A DNA stretch of 64,000 nucleotides from Octopus vulgaris (Eukaryota), in the NCBI GenBank assembly GCA_951406725.2, contig OX597825.1:11780001-11844000 (forward strand), given 5' to 3'. The position numbers and the translations under genes are program-made. The notes below the pieces were generated by a model. The model saw only the letters and a list, made by a program, of their open reading frames with translations, searched no databases and was not told the DNA's origin. This document shows, piece by piece, positions 12,570-26,100 of this stretch. Position 1 is the first letter of the stretch. Each line of letters starts with the position of its first letter.

Positions 12570-12962
12570 GGTATGTGGCTGGGTGGTAAAATATTTCCTC
12601 CCCACCGAGATGGATCCAAGTTCAATTTCACCGCGTGTCTTCTACTATTGCCTAACGCCGACCAAAGCCTTGTGAGTGGATTTGGTAGCTAGATACAGAA
12701 GGAAACCCTTTGTCTGTTTATGCGCATACATATATGTGTGTGTGTGTGTGTGTGTGCATGTGCGTGTGTTAGTGTGTGCGTGTGTGTCTTTGGGTCTCTG
12801 TTTGTCCCTCCCTACACAGCTTGACAACTGGGGATGGTATATTTACCTTGCAGTAGCTGGCTTTTTGGCATAAGTGACGGATAGCCTAAGTGCCAGGCTT
12901 AAAACAAAGATCCTTTAAGCCGGCGCGCTGCAGTCTCATGATTGACAGAGGTTAAGTATAAA
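12570..12962 (+). mobile_element. SINE family B, older diverged copy
   Basis: GCCGACCAAAGCCTTGTGAGTGGATTTGGTAG, internal (TG)n, GCTTGACAAC..TTTGGCA. Confidence 0.75.
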
Positions 12963-13384
12963 AGCTATGTGTGGCGAGTCTCTCTGATTGTGTGAGTGTG
13001 CACGTGTGTGTGTGTGTGTGTGTGTGTGCACGTGCGTGTGTGTATGTATGTGTGTGTGTTGGGAAAGGACTTAGTATAGTGGTGTACAGGCTATAATTCA
13101 AATAAGTACACTTGCTGGCCTGAACAGGTAATTCTCTTAGTATGGAGTTGCTCTATGAACAGCTATCGTATTCCATTACTTTCAGCTGTAAGAATGATCA
13201 CACTTGGATCATGAGTGCGATCATATTGTTAAGCTCTTCTTAACGACTAACTTTTCAGTATAATAGTAGTTCCGGCCTTGGCACACATGCATGAACGCGC
13301 GCGCGTTCGTACGTGCGCGCTGTACGTGGACGGTTTTGTGTGTGTATTTGTGTATTCTTGTATGCATGAGTTGGTGTCTTTAAT

Positions 13385-13720
13385 GCTCAATATTTCTTGC
13401 GGGTTTTTTTTCTGCGCCTTGTTTTCGTTTTAGGTAGAAGTGGTCTAGTCACCGTTGATACAAAAAAAATTGTGTGTGCTGGTTAGTATTTCCAGATTTT
13501 CACATCAATGGCTCGGATCTCATCAAATGTCCAATAAAGTAGCCCAGATGTTGGTACGAGTGCTGGCACTGCAAATACATTGTGGGCCACAGTTTTATTG
13601 AATGCAGAGAGCTCCGAGGTCCATATTCTCTTTATCCGGTTGTAATATTCTTTCGTGCCACGTGTCCTGTCTCAGGTGGCATCGCAAGATGTTTTCATCC
13701 ACTCAAAGTTATCTGTAACA
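13385..13720 (-). mobile_element. R4/Dong-like (RLE) LINE RT C-terminal fragment
   Basis: Minus-strand translation KEYYNRIKRIWTSELSAFNKTVAHNVFAVPALVPTSGLLYWTFDEIRAIDVKIWK resembles the thumb region of R4/NeSL-group LINEs. Confidence 0.75.
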
Positions 13721-15005
13721 TTCCTCGTCAGATACAGAGGAAACAGTTAAGTCATTGATGCAGATTTTAGGCTGTTCGAAACGGATCGCCGGGTAGCAAT
13801 ATATACTACTTGTGCAGCGGTATTGCTCCATCAACAAACACTATCGGCATATACTTAGAACCAGGTGACGAATTAGAGATATACCAGAACTCAGACGACA
13901 AATAACTGAAAGAAATACCACGATGTATCTCTTCTTATGTAATGTTTCCTTGAATGCGACAATCTAAAGTGGTGTGGCATCCAGCCTCGGAAACTCGAGA
14001 TCGCAGCCTCAAACAGGCTTACTTTGAGGTCAATCACCTACATTGCTGTAGCTGCCTTTGACCACAAATAACGTCTTCATCGTAATTAGGTCTTCACAAA
14101 TTACGTCTTAATCGGAGATCGATGGACTATCAAGAAGAACCATCACCCTGAGCATTTGTGCCCCTGAGCATTGGTGCATTATCTTAACAATCCTGAAATA
14201 ACGGAAAGCAAGTTTGATATCGGCATCATTTGAACTCCGATCAAAGGCAGCTATATAGCAAATATTTTGCTGTGCTTTGTCTGCAACGGTTTCTGCTACC
14301 TAATACAGTAACAGAATGTAATAATGATATTCACACACTTACAAGCAATAATAGGCTGGGAATTTTATGAACGAAATCACGAGATAGGTTTTAACATTAC
14401 ATTATTAGGAAATGCGCATCCAATATGATGGCATTTACTCACATATGAATATCTCACTTTTGCTCAAAAGGTTAACGAATATTTTATATAATGTATATCG
14501 AAAAGGAAGCATGAAACAATAAGAATATTAGTAATATAACATTTTAACATACAATAATATTCATAAATATAATACCAAGTAATAGTAATAACTGTAAAAT
14601 GCACGTACAATTTGAAAATGTCAGTGATTATGGCATAGCCGGACGTTAAGTCTAACATTTTATCTAGCACGTGCTTGGAGTGAATATTACCATATTTTGA
14701 ATATCATTGTAACTTTTGCACTTAGAAAGGGCACGGAAACCTAAGTAATCATTAATTTTTCATATTAGAAAAGAAATAAACATTTTCCCTAATTAGATAT
14801 AGAAGTAAATTGGAAATGTGTAAAGCTCAACAAAGCTCATATGACATAAATGTTTATTTTTTTTTATAATTAGACACTGTCTTAAATATTAGAAGCACAC
14901 GCACACACTCAACTACAATACATACAATACACACACATATATGTGTGTGTGTGTGAGTGTGTGCGCGTGTGTGTATATGTAATGTATATTTATATGTATG
15001 TATCT

Positions 15006-15728
15006 AGTTAGTTAGTTAATTCTTTGGCTCAAAATACAAAAAGCAAGGCCATGTAGGGAGACATGGAGTTATGTACAGGGTGGTGTTCAGGTAAAGAGTT
15101 CAGGCCACTTGTGGTCAAGGGAGACTTTGAACTGAGCGGTCGTCGGCATTTTCACCATCTCGTCCGGCAGCTTATTCCACGGATCCGCAACCCGGACGGA
15201 GAAAGTCCCTCTCCTTCGATTGAGATGAAATCGTCGCAGATAGAGCTTTTCGGAATGACCCCGCAGCCGACGCTCTGGAGCAGGAGTGAAGAACAGCTCT
15301 TTCGAGAGGTTACACTTTCCGCTTATGATGTTGTGGGCAAGAATGAGATCACCACGGCGTCGTCGTATTTCTAGAGAATAAAGGTCGAGCGTCTTCAGCC
15401 TTTCTTCATAAGACAAATTCTTGAGACCAAGAACCATGCGGGTAGCCAGCTTCTGGACTCTTTCGAGATGCTGTATGTCTTTGAGGAGATAAGGAGAAGA
15501 GGCTTGAAACCCGTATTCCAATATGGGTCTGACCAGCGTGGCATAGAGCGGTAGGAATATGGCTGCTGTGAGCATTCCGAATGACCGTCGAATCAAGAAC
15601 AGAACTCCGCGTGCTTTGTTGGCAGCATGGACGCACTGGGCCGAAGGCGAAAAGGAGGAATCCACCAAGATACCCAGGTCCTTTACCTGATCGGTCCTAT
15701 CCAGCAGCAGACGACCCGGCTCGAAATC
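15006..15728 (-). mobile_element. 5'-truncated CR1-group LINE 3' end with (AACT)n tail
   Basis: Uninterrupted ORF2 C-terminus; 3' UTR ends in AACTAACTAACT; possible TSD TATGTATCT on both sides (low complexity). Confidence 0.9.
15087..15668 (-). pseudogene. CR1-type ORF2 C-terminal region (193 aa, no true start)
   Basis: KDLG, LYATLVRPILEY, LERVQKLATR, LSYEERL..L.L.SLE.RR.RGDLI, RGH, FSVRV..WN.LP motifs of CR1-group RT thumb/C-terminus. Confidence 0.9.
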
Positions 15729-15752
15729 TATCTATGTATCTGCCTCTCCCTA

Positions 15753-15799
<47 letters not shown>

Positions 15800-15827
15800 T
15801 GTGGGGTAAATAGCTTGATCCTCGGCA

Positions 15828-16184
15828 GATTAAGTCGATCACATCGACCCCAGTGCGTAACTGGTACTTAATTTATAGACCCCGAAAGGATGAAAGGCAA
15901 AGTCGACCTCGGCGGAATTTGAACTCACAACGTAATGGCAGACGAAATACCTATTTCTTTACTACACACAAAGGGCTAAACACAGAGAGGACAAATAAGG
16001 ACAGCCAAACGGATTAAGTCGATTACATTGACCTCAGTGCGTAACTGGTACTTATTTAATCGACCCCGAAAGAATGATAGGTAAAGTCGACCTCGGCGGA
16101 ATTTGAACTCAGAACGTAACAGCAGACGAAACACCGCTATGCATTTCGCCCGGCGTGCTAAAGTTTCTGCCAGCTCACCGCCTT
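15828..16184 (-). mobile_element. SINE family A dimer
   Basis: Head plus one full and one partial unit with the same GAAATA|GGTATTTC junction (+ strand ~15943-15957). Confidence 0.92.
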
Positions 16185-16854
16185 GGATAATGACTTAAAT
16201 ATTACGAATGTAAGATTTAGTAACTGCACGAATTAAAATTAGTATATTCCCCAAAATATATTAACATTCTACTGATTTGAAAATGGAGCGTAAATTGTAT
16301 AGGATTAAATCAAATTCTATACCACCTTATGGCTTCATTTCAAATCCGCTCATGTCTTTGTGCGTAAATTTTCATTGGGTTTTCTTTGTATTAGATATAT
16401 TCTTACTCCGCCTTTACATGCTACCCATAAAAGAATTTCTACACAGCTAACTGTATATATAATGTTTCTTTATATATATATAGATCTTATTTAATGAGAT
16501 GTTTCGATTTAATAGCAACCAATATTAGGTACTGCATCTCACGTAGACTGTTGTCATAGAAACAACCTAGAGCGCATTTCAAATTACTGAGCAAAACAGG
16601 CTGAAATTCTATTGTGAAAATGTTTAAGTGCTATACTGAATGTCCTAACGTTCCTAACAGATTACTCTAGTTAAAATAAAATATTTTACAGAAAATCAAT
16701 TTTATTAACTTTACATCCTTTCAAACATCTAAATCTTTTCATTGCAGCCTATCGTTAAATTTCCAAAGCAACATCACATAATTGAAGGAAATAGTTGGTA
16801 AGTCAGTCAATATATAGTTAATTAACTGTGATTTCCAATCTGCGTCATTCGACC

Positions 16855-16859
16855 AACAC

Positions 16860-16921
<62 letters not shown>

Positions 16922-17200
16922 GTACACACATACACACACTCATACGACATATTTGCATATATATATATATTACATATATTAGCATAAATATATATATATA
17001 TATACACACGTGTGTATTTGTGCGTGTATGGACACACACACACACACATACTCGCACACACACACACACCACAACAGACACACACACACACACACACACA
17101 CATACTCATACGACATATTAGCAAATACATATGTTATATATATATTATCATACATATATATATGTATTTATATTATATATATTATATATACATATATATT
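16855..17200. repeat. Compound (CA)n/(TA)n microsatellite
   Basis: Direct inspection. Confidence 0.9.
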
Positions 17201-17205
17201 ATCAT

Positions 17206-17375
17206 ATGTGAGGTATACTTACCATCTCAATATGGCTAACCACTAAGGGTGGGTGTTACTGTAGCTTGTAGGGGTGGGTGTTAGTGGTTAGCCATACTGA
17301 GATGGCAAGTATACCTCACATTGTAGTGCAGTTACTGTTTATACCTCGATCAGAGGTTTATTATTGCTATATTAT
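17206..17375. mobile_element. Palindromic fragment related to the 25-kb Penelope-like element
   Basis: 41-bp inverted arms 17206-17246 / 17281-17321 (2 mismatches); shares GTGGTTAGCCAT..AGATGGC..TATAC..ACATT..TTACTGTTT with 25223-25280. Confidence 0.75.
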
Positions 17376-18023
17376 CATAAATATATATATATGTATTTAT
17401 ATGTACACATACACATACACGCACATACACACGCACACACACACACACACGCACACACACATATACCATGTTCTCAATGTGGTTCAAATATTTACAGTGG
17501 ATTCTCGGTTGTTTACTGATTGCTGTAATTGTGGTACCTGACTGGTGCTTATTTTCTAGTATTAGTAGCGACCAAAGACAAAATGTGTTCTCTTGGAACA
17601 CTCAATATACAAGTTTGAAATTCGTGCGAGGGGAAGGGCATTGCACATAATAATTGATAGGAATTCAAAGGAGAGAAAGAAAGGCATGAACGAAATAACG
17701 TGTGACAGGAAGAAATCTACGTAAGTATCTTGGGTGCCGGATAATATTCGTAAGTATAATTGGGTGCCATATTAAGTTTACCATCCAAGACTTCTGATTA
17801 GTCATTCTGACATTTATATATAATTCCACTGCAATGTTGTAGCCAGATATTTGTTTCTTTCAAACGTTATCAGAATGTTCACACGATAACAGTATTTTTA
17901 ACTGGATATATTTAAATAGCACAAATGGTATATTTTAATATGGAAGTGAAACCCGAGGCATGAACTCGGGTCAGCTGGAAGCAGCTGCAGTGCATTGCTC
18001 ACTAATTTTGTTACCTTATTGTA

Positions 18024-18369
18024 CGAGGGGTGTCTGAAAACTTTTGAGCCTCAAAAAAAAAAAAAAACATAGTACAAGACTTCTGATGATATGTTTTTCA
18101 ACATAGTCCCCCTCGATGGCTGGATTTCTGATGGAGTCATGCCTTTCAAATGAAGGTACTTTATAACAGCACGATACTCAGTTTTCTCTATTTTCCTTGT
18201 AACCTCGACAAATGTTTATTCAAAAATCTGCAAGAAAAACAGTTAAAGTATCAGAATCCTGAAAATGAGCAAGAATACTCCGGAACGACTGTACTTACCA
18301 AAAAAAATGTTTCACCTACCTAGCAGTCCCGTTTCTAGGTTAGGCTCAAACATTTTCATACACCCCTCG
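18024..18369. mobile_element. Mariner-derived MITE
   Basis: 28-bp TIRs CGAGGGGTGTCTGAAAACTTTTGAGCCT / AGGCTCAAACATTTTCATACACCCCTCG (25/28), TA on both flanks. Confidence 0.9.
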
Positions 18370-19415
18370 TATTATTGCTTCGAAATAAACAAAGGAATAT
18401 CCTATCATCTAGCAAACTATCACAGGGCTTTACAAATATGAGTTTCGTAGTTTCATAACACACATAAGTGTTGCAGATGATGTACAGAGGCTGAGACTGG
18501 CAACAAAATTTGAAATGAATGTAATTGTGTCTCGCTTCCAACCATTACATTCATAAACTAAAGTGGTTGCTCATATTAATCTAAATATTTAATTTAGCGT
18601 ATCTGTAATGTTATAGAACTTCTGCTGATTTGAATTGATGACCAAATATTGATGATCAGTAAGTGAAATCAGAATTGATGAATTCGATATTTTGCCAATT
18701 CTTTCCTCCCAAAATGAAGTTTGTTTCTTGTCTGATATTTCCATTTAAGAAAATACATTTATGGCAACAAGATAATCATATATTCATGTATTCAAGGTAA
18801 AACGTTTAATGTATTTCTAATATCAGAAATATCGGTTGTCTCTGTTTCATATTAGTAATGCAGTTTAACATTGCCTAATATCAGAAAACTATAAATAATG
18901 CGTCTGATTTTGATCATTGACGTGATTTTCAAAAATATCTTAAAAGGAAATATTTTACTTTCGTTTAATATTTTATATTTTAGCATGAACATTTAAATTA
19001 AAGCTAAATACAATAGTGTGTATTATATTCAAGTATGACTATTCAAACATTGGTGAATTGAACAAAGCAGAGAGAGAAAAACATAAATACTATTTGGACA
19101 GATGCATGTTTTGGAGCAACATTACCACAATAGAAGAGTTTTCAATTTCTATTAAAACAATTTTATAAGATCAGAAAGCAAAAATGGAAGAAAATAAAGA
19201 AGAACACACCTCTTCAGTTGTCTCGAATATGTGAAGTGGATTTTCGGGTATTTTAAGTCGTGAGTGAGTTCGTGAAATTCATTAACACTAAAACTTGCTG
19301 ATTTGTAACAGAGGCAACAACACTATAAATCTGTGTGAGAAGGCAGCCGATGAGTTAAGGCGACATACTGGTGGAATAGTTATTATATCGGACAATATGG
19401 TTAGTGTTATTTCTT

Positions 19416-19828
19416 ATTTGTTTACTGCCCACAAGGAGCTACACACAGAGGGGACAAACAAGAAGAGACAAACATATTAAGTCGATTATATCGATACCAG
19501 TGCATAACTGGTACTTAATTTATCGACCCCGAAAGGATGAAAGGCAAAGTCGACCTCGGCGGAATTTGAACTCAGAACGTAGCAGCAGACGAAATACCTA
19601 TTTCTTTACTACCACATGGGGTTAAACACAGAGAGGACAAACAAGGAGAGACAAACGGATTAAGTCGATTATATCGACCCCAGTGCGTAACCGGTACTTA
19701 TTTAATCGATCCCGAAAGGATGAAAGGCAAAGTCGACCTCGGCGGAATTTGAACTCAGAACGTAGCAGCAGACGAAATACTGCTAAGCATTTCGCCCGGC
19801 GTGCTAACGTTTCTGCCAGCTCGCCGCC
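19416..19828 (-). mobile_element. SINE family A dimer
   Basis: Head plus 2 units; 17-bp TSD GGTTAGTGTT(A/T)TTTCTT at 19399-19415 and 19829-19845. Confidence 0.93.
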
Positions 19829-19934
19829 GGTTAGTGTTTTTTCTTCTGATTCATTACGTTCTGGGTTCAATTTGATTAGTGATTTAATTATTATTTTATT
19901 TTATTCACGCTGGAATTATAATGGGATAAGTTGA

Positions 19935-20150
19935 GAACGGAGTGAAGTGAACGATGTAAACTCAGAGTTCCTAAAGCCGAATATGTCGCAGGTGGACCCG
20001 TGCCGTTGTCCATTGATATACAAAAGATCGGAAAAGGCCATTAGGAAGGCCTCCACGACGACAGGAAGGCGATCTAATTTAGCAATTTGGGTTACGATGG
20101 AAAAGAATGGCGCAGTTTTGACAGAATTGGAGTCGCATCGTAACCAGTAG
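19935..20150 (+). mobile_element. RTE-clade LINE 3' fragment
   Basis: Translation RRWTRAVVH*YTKDRKRPLGRPPRR..WKRMAQ..NW is typical of the RTE ORF C-terminus. Confidence 0.7.
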
Positions 20151-20794
20151 TATATAACGGCATCCGATATAGTCTGGTGGATACTGTATTCTATTTTTAC
20201 TGACGACCCTAAGGATGCAAGAGACGTACCCTTTAATTTCAGTCTTTAAAGCGCTTTTTTCCCAAAAGAAACTGTTTTTATAACCAGAAACTATTTCATT
20301 CATACAGACAAAACACAACCACACCTGTACACTCATCCCTCATTTAAATATATCAGGAGTGATGGACTAGAAGATATCAGTAAATATCTTTAACTTGAAT
20401 TTTTTTCTTGTATCCTATATCCTAATATGTGTAAATTCACTATGTCCTACTATGAAAGATATCTAATACTAAGAAAAAAAATCTAATACAGTGCAAAATA
20501 TCTAATCATCTAGAAAACAGCTGGAATCATTCCTTGATAAATAATACAACTCGTAATAATGTTTGTATTCTGAAGCGAAATCTTCGAAACAAGTTGGCAA
20601 CAAAAATGTCATCACTTCTTATAAAACTATGTTTATGCAATGCTATGGTTATTTTAAGTCCTGAATATGTTATACTCTGTACTGACTAATGTAGTCACGA
20701 ATTAAACAATTTCTAAATGCGATTTATTTCCACTCCACTCCTGTTTTCATTTAGACTAACATACAAAATTATTGTTACAAACTTTTCTTGTATA

Positions 20795-21007
20795 CAGTGT
20801 GGCCCCAAAGTAGGTTTACAGTTTTCACGTCGGCACTTTAAATTTCTTTTAAAACATGTTATTACATTTAAATTTCTATCTTACAATTAACTAAAATGGC
20901 ATAGAATAATGGTTTCATTTTTTTTATATACGTAAAATCTAAACTGTAAATATATGAATACGAAAGAGATAGTTGAATAATATTAAACCTACTTTTGGCC
21001 CAGCCTG
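20795..21007. mobile_element. Tc1/mariner-type MITE
   Basis: 24-bp TIRs CAGTGTGGCCCCAAAGTAGGTTTA / TAAACCTACTTTTGGCCCAGCCTG (20/24), TA at the left flank. Confidence 0.75.
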
Positions 21008-22384
21008 TTTTTAGTGACCAAACAATCCAACAATTTGTATGCATTTGTACCAGGAAACTAGAATGTGTTTCTCGTAAAACAGATTAGTTTAAATGCCTCG
21101 ATGGATTTGACTAACAAGCATATAGAGGTGTCTGAACTGATGAATGTTTTAGATCCGACAACTATAGTATGACTCTCAGTTTGAAGTATTTTGCTTTTGT
21201 AAGTAATCAATATTTATTGAATTGACAACACCGTCACTTGAAAAATATAATGGCCTCACTATTAACGTCACCGTATTGTTAAAATTATTGGATTATAACA
21301 ATATAAACACAGCAGTTTTATGTTTCAATGAGCTGTGACAAATAGATTGGCGAAATGAATTCCTTGCGAGGCGTGTATTATGTTTTGTAATTCCTAGACG
21401 AACAGGTTTCACTTCACTTTCACAACGAAATCCTATAACAGATGTTGAGTTATCTATTGAAATTGATTTACACATGTAACATCATGTAGAAATTTAATTA
21501 ACAGAAGTCGAACATCAATTACAAAGAAAAACAGTAACAAATATTTCAATGTAAATTTTTGTTCTAAAATACATGTTTGTTTTTATTTTCACACGGGAGA
21601 ACTGTTATTGGAACCTGCGAGATGATAATATATGCAAACAAACTAAAGCAGAAAGAATAGAAAATAAACTAAAGAGAATCTTGTGAATTTCTTTTAAATC
21701 TTGTTTAAAATCCTAAATCAATTTATCACCTATGATTAGAAAAGTTGGAAAATGTGTCATTTGTTGCCTTTCAGGGTGGAATAAAAACGCAGAAGAAAAT
21801 AAAACCAACCACAGATGACAATAAAAGATAAAATTATTTCAAAGTTGATTGTGTGTTATCGTTGCATCAGTTACCAATTTCTGTGTATTACATCATGTCA
21901 GTTATTATCAGTTGCAATTATTTTCTGTTCTGAAAGGGAATTGTTTGAAAAAGAGGGCTGCATAAAACAAAATGGTGTATAATCACGCTAAATGACCAGT
22001 AATGGAGATACGAGAATTAGGCTAATTCTGCTTTCACATTTATAAATTATTTATTTATGAGCCAACGAAGGAATGGAATTACTAGGTGATCACTTGACAT
22101 GCTAGAAATAGCAGCTGAATTTCACTGAAGTTACGCCTTACTGTTTCACAAAAAGGGAAGAATGCTATAAATAATTTTGTCTAAAGCACATTCTACCTCG
22201 TGAAAATTCAGAATAGCCACAACTAGTATAGTTTTGCGTATATATCTGCTAGTTTAGGGTCGACTTGTGTGTAAACAATGACAATAAAAAATAAACCTTG
22301 GACTCGATTTATTGCTTAGTAAAGAGTGCAGGTTAAGACAGTATAAGTGAACTAAATTGAGCATAAAAATGTGCGATGTAGACT

Positions 22385-22595
22385 CAAATATTTGACACAA
22401 GGACAGCAATTTCAGGGCAGGGGTTAAGTTGATTACATCGATCTTAGTACTCAACTGCTACATGTTTTAAACACTCTGAAAAAATAGAAGGCAAAGTAGA
22501 CATCAGCAGAATTTGAACTCAGAATGTAAAGACGGACGAAATGCCGTGAAGCATTTTTGCCCGGTGTGCTAATAATTCTGCCAGTTCGCTGCCTA
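22385..22595 (-). mobile_element. SINE family A-related copy with an alternative 3' tail
   Basis: Head reverse complement at ~22490-22594; tail differs (CACAAGGACAGCAATTTCAGGG). Confidence 0.8.
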
Positions 22596-23379
22596 TCTGG
22601 TTCCTACAATTGGTTTAAAATTTTGCCACAGGGCCAACAATTTGGGATGAGTGGGTAAGTCGATTGCATCATCTGGTAATTATTTTGTCCACTCCGAAAG
22701 GGCTACTACGTTATAGAAGTACAAATGTAGAAGAGTAAGTTAATATCACAAGGAATTTTGTCGGAACAAATTGCATGAAATTGCATTAAAAAGTAGACCC
22801 GTAGAAACTTAATTGACAAACACTTTAAGAGATTTTCTCAAAATTTCAACATTCAGTATGTATCCATATTCTTGCATAAATGTTAATTGAATGACAAGAT
22901 TTTCGGGGAAGTTCTTAATACCGTTCTTCTCTTCCTTCACGTGTAGTTTTCCAAACACTTCCAAGCAATCTCTGAAGAATTTTGGTAAAATAGATTTTAC
23001 ATTTATTATATTTTTTCTCTTTTTCTTGTATTTGTTTTAAAATAATAATTCTTTTTATTATTATTCTGAAGAAATATAACATATAAGGTTAAATATACGT
23101 TATGCCATAAATCCAGGATGGTTCTACACTCTCTTTTGATAAGTTTGTTGCCCTTGAGCCTACTTCTTTAAAATTGGACACTTTTTTGGTAGTCAATAAA
23201 AGTTATACTATACTATGCATGTTATATCATGTCACGTTTTCATGATATTTGTTTGTGACCTGTAGGTTATACCATAAGAGGTATAAGAATCATGAATATG
23301 TTGCTGTGCAGAGGGATCAAAAGCAGAAAGAGAAGGATTTGATTTGGAATCTTAAGCGCCAAAATATGTCCTCATCAAT

Positions 23380-23931
<552 letters not shown>

Positions 23932-24316
23932 TGGCGTCGATGTAATCAACTTACCCCCTTCCTCACAATCACTGGCCTTGTGCCAAAATTTGAAACCAAT
24001 ATTTGTGTGGAAATAATTAGGTTTAAATAATGATATCTAAATAATATCTCACTTTCAAAACTATTTTGTGAAGGACATTACAAATTATTTGTGGTACAAT
24101 GATATATTTAGTTGGATATAATGGGCTTCGAAATCAGAAGGGACAAATAAAATTATATAGTATAAAGTGTTCCATCTATTGTCCATACGCAATTGACTTT
24201 GAGTGACGAGAGATAATTATGTAGAAAGATAAGAGAAAATTGGTGTAATTCATTTTTAAGTGAAAATGATATTGCTGAAAAATATGTTTATACAAAATGC
24301 AATTGGTGTTAATTAT

Positions 24317-24437
24317 ACATTATCTAAAATATTTACTTTTGACGGATATTTGTTCTCATGTTGTTTGTTGTTAAATATCCGTCAAATGTAAATAATATAA
24401 ACAATATACATAATTCCTCATCTCTTAGATATAGAAC
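24317..24437. mobile_element. 121-bp insertion with an internal 22-bp hairpin and 13-bp TSD
   Basis: TSD TGGTGTTAATTAT at 24304-24316 and 24438-24450; inverted arms 24330-24351 / 24373-24394. Confidence 0.75.
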
Positions 24438-24674
24438 TGGTGTTAATTATGTACAGCACTTACGATAGTGAAACATTATACAATCATTAGAACATAGTTT
24501 GGAAAAGCATTATTACGGTATAGTAAACATTTTAATGAAGAAGGGATGTTGATGAATGTGAATTCACTTAGAAAATACCGATATATTTCATATGACGGGA
24601 GAAATCATTAACCGTAATGTCTTTCGTTGATTGCGGAAAGAAGACAAACCTGTGAACAATATATACATATTCTT

Positions 24675-24765
<91 letters not shown>

Positions 24766-25022
24766 TATGGCCTTTACCTAAAGGAGATGAGGTCGGACAA
24801 TTGTCCTTCTCATGAAGAATATTGAGTCACAAGAAACATGTGCATACTATCAGCTTTAGAAAGTAGGCCTGTTACGTCAGATTCGGAGAGAGCTTGAATA
24901 TTGAGATTATCTCCCCTTCCCAAGTAAGGCTGTTCTTCATTTCCATTAGGTAATTATGACGCCTCATCGAGTAGCGCAAGTAATTTTAGTGAGTGAAGAT
25001 TGTTGTATGTATTTGATTATAT

Positions 25023-25557
25023 AAACAGTAATCGCTCGATAATGTAAAGTATAGAAGCCATCTTAACATGGCTAACCACATAGGGGAGGGGGTGTTAGGC
25101 TTGCGAGGAAGGGATGGCCTCCCTTTGCAAATACTTCAAGGGAACTAAAAATGGTGCCTAAAGCCAGCTGGAGACGACGATCTCTTGGGGCTATAAAGCT
25201 ACAGTAACACCCCCTTCCCCTATGTGGTTAGCCATGTTAAGATGGCTTCTATACTTTACATTATCGAGCGATTACTGTTTCAATTTCATTCTGAGATTTA
25301 ATTATGCTTACTGTCAGTTTTTCGAAATCAGTGGCAGACGTCACTAGAAAAACTCATATATTTGCAAAGCAGCCTTCACTTTCATCGCGACCTGGTGGTT
25401 ACCGCCCGTTGACAAGGGACAGAAATCCCGAAACTAGTCCGAGCGTATCACTCAGGCTTGCGAGGAAGGGATTGCCTCCCTTTGCAAATACTTCAAGGGC
25501 ACTGAAATGGTGTCTAAATGTGGTTAGCCATGTTAAGATGGCTTCTATACTTTACAT

Positions 25558-25560
<3 letters not shown>
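25023..25560 (+). mobile_element. Non-coding Penelope-pLTR/retrozyme-like element: inverted partial copy plus partial tandem of a ~357-bp unit
   Basis: ~75-bp inverted repeat 25023-25097 vs 25206-25280; direct repeat AGGCTTGCGAGGAAGGG at 25097 and 25454; contains a hammerhead fold. Confidence 0.8.
25391..25457 (+). ncRNA. Type I hammerhead ribozyme with U3-A8 covariant core
   Basis: CGCCCG-TTGACAA-GGGA(cagaaa)TCCC-GAAAC-TA-GTC|CGAGCG; stem I extends through GTGGT/ATCAC and CCTG/CAGG. Confidence 0.75.
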
Positions 25561-25589
<29 letters not shown>

Positions 25590-25784
25590 CGTGTGTATGT
25601 GTGTGTGTGTGTGCGTGCACCTATCTACCTATCTATCTATAGCCTGTGTTAAATTCTTCCGCTCGTCTATACAGCCACTGACCTCAACAGCCACCCCTAC
25701 ACCTTCCGCACCAGTCGGAATGAAGAGGTTCAATCACTCGGTAACAATTAACTAATTGTATACGAAGTAATGCCGACCACGACA

Positions 25785-26100
<316 letters not shown>

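Noticed and set aside
13295-13325. GAACGCGCGCGCGTTC palindrome / Z-DNA-prone tract
   Set aside because: A short derivative of the surrounding purine-pyrimidine microsatellites; no evidence of function
20568-20600. CTGAAGC-GAA(ATC)TTC-GAAAC-AA-GTT hammerhead-like string
   Set aside because: A9 mismatch, 3-bp stem II and no stem I; compatible with chance
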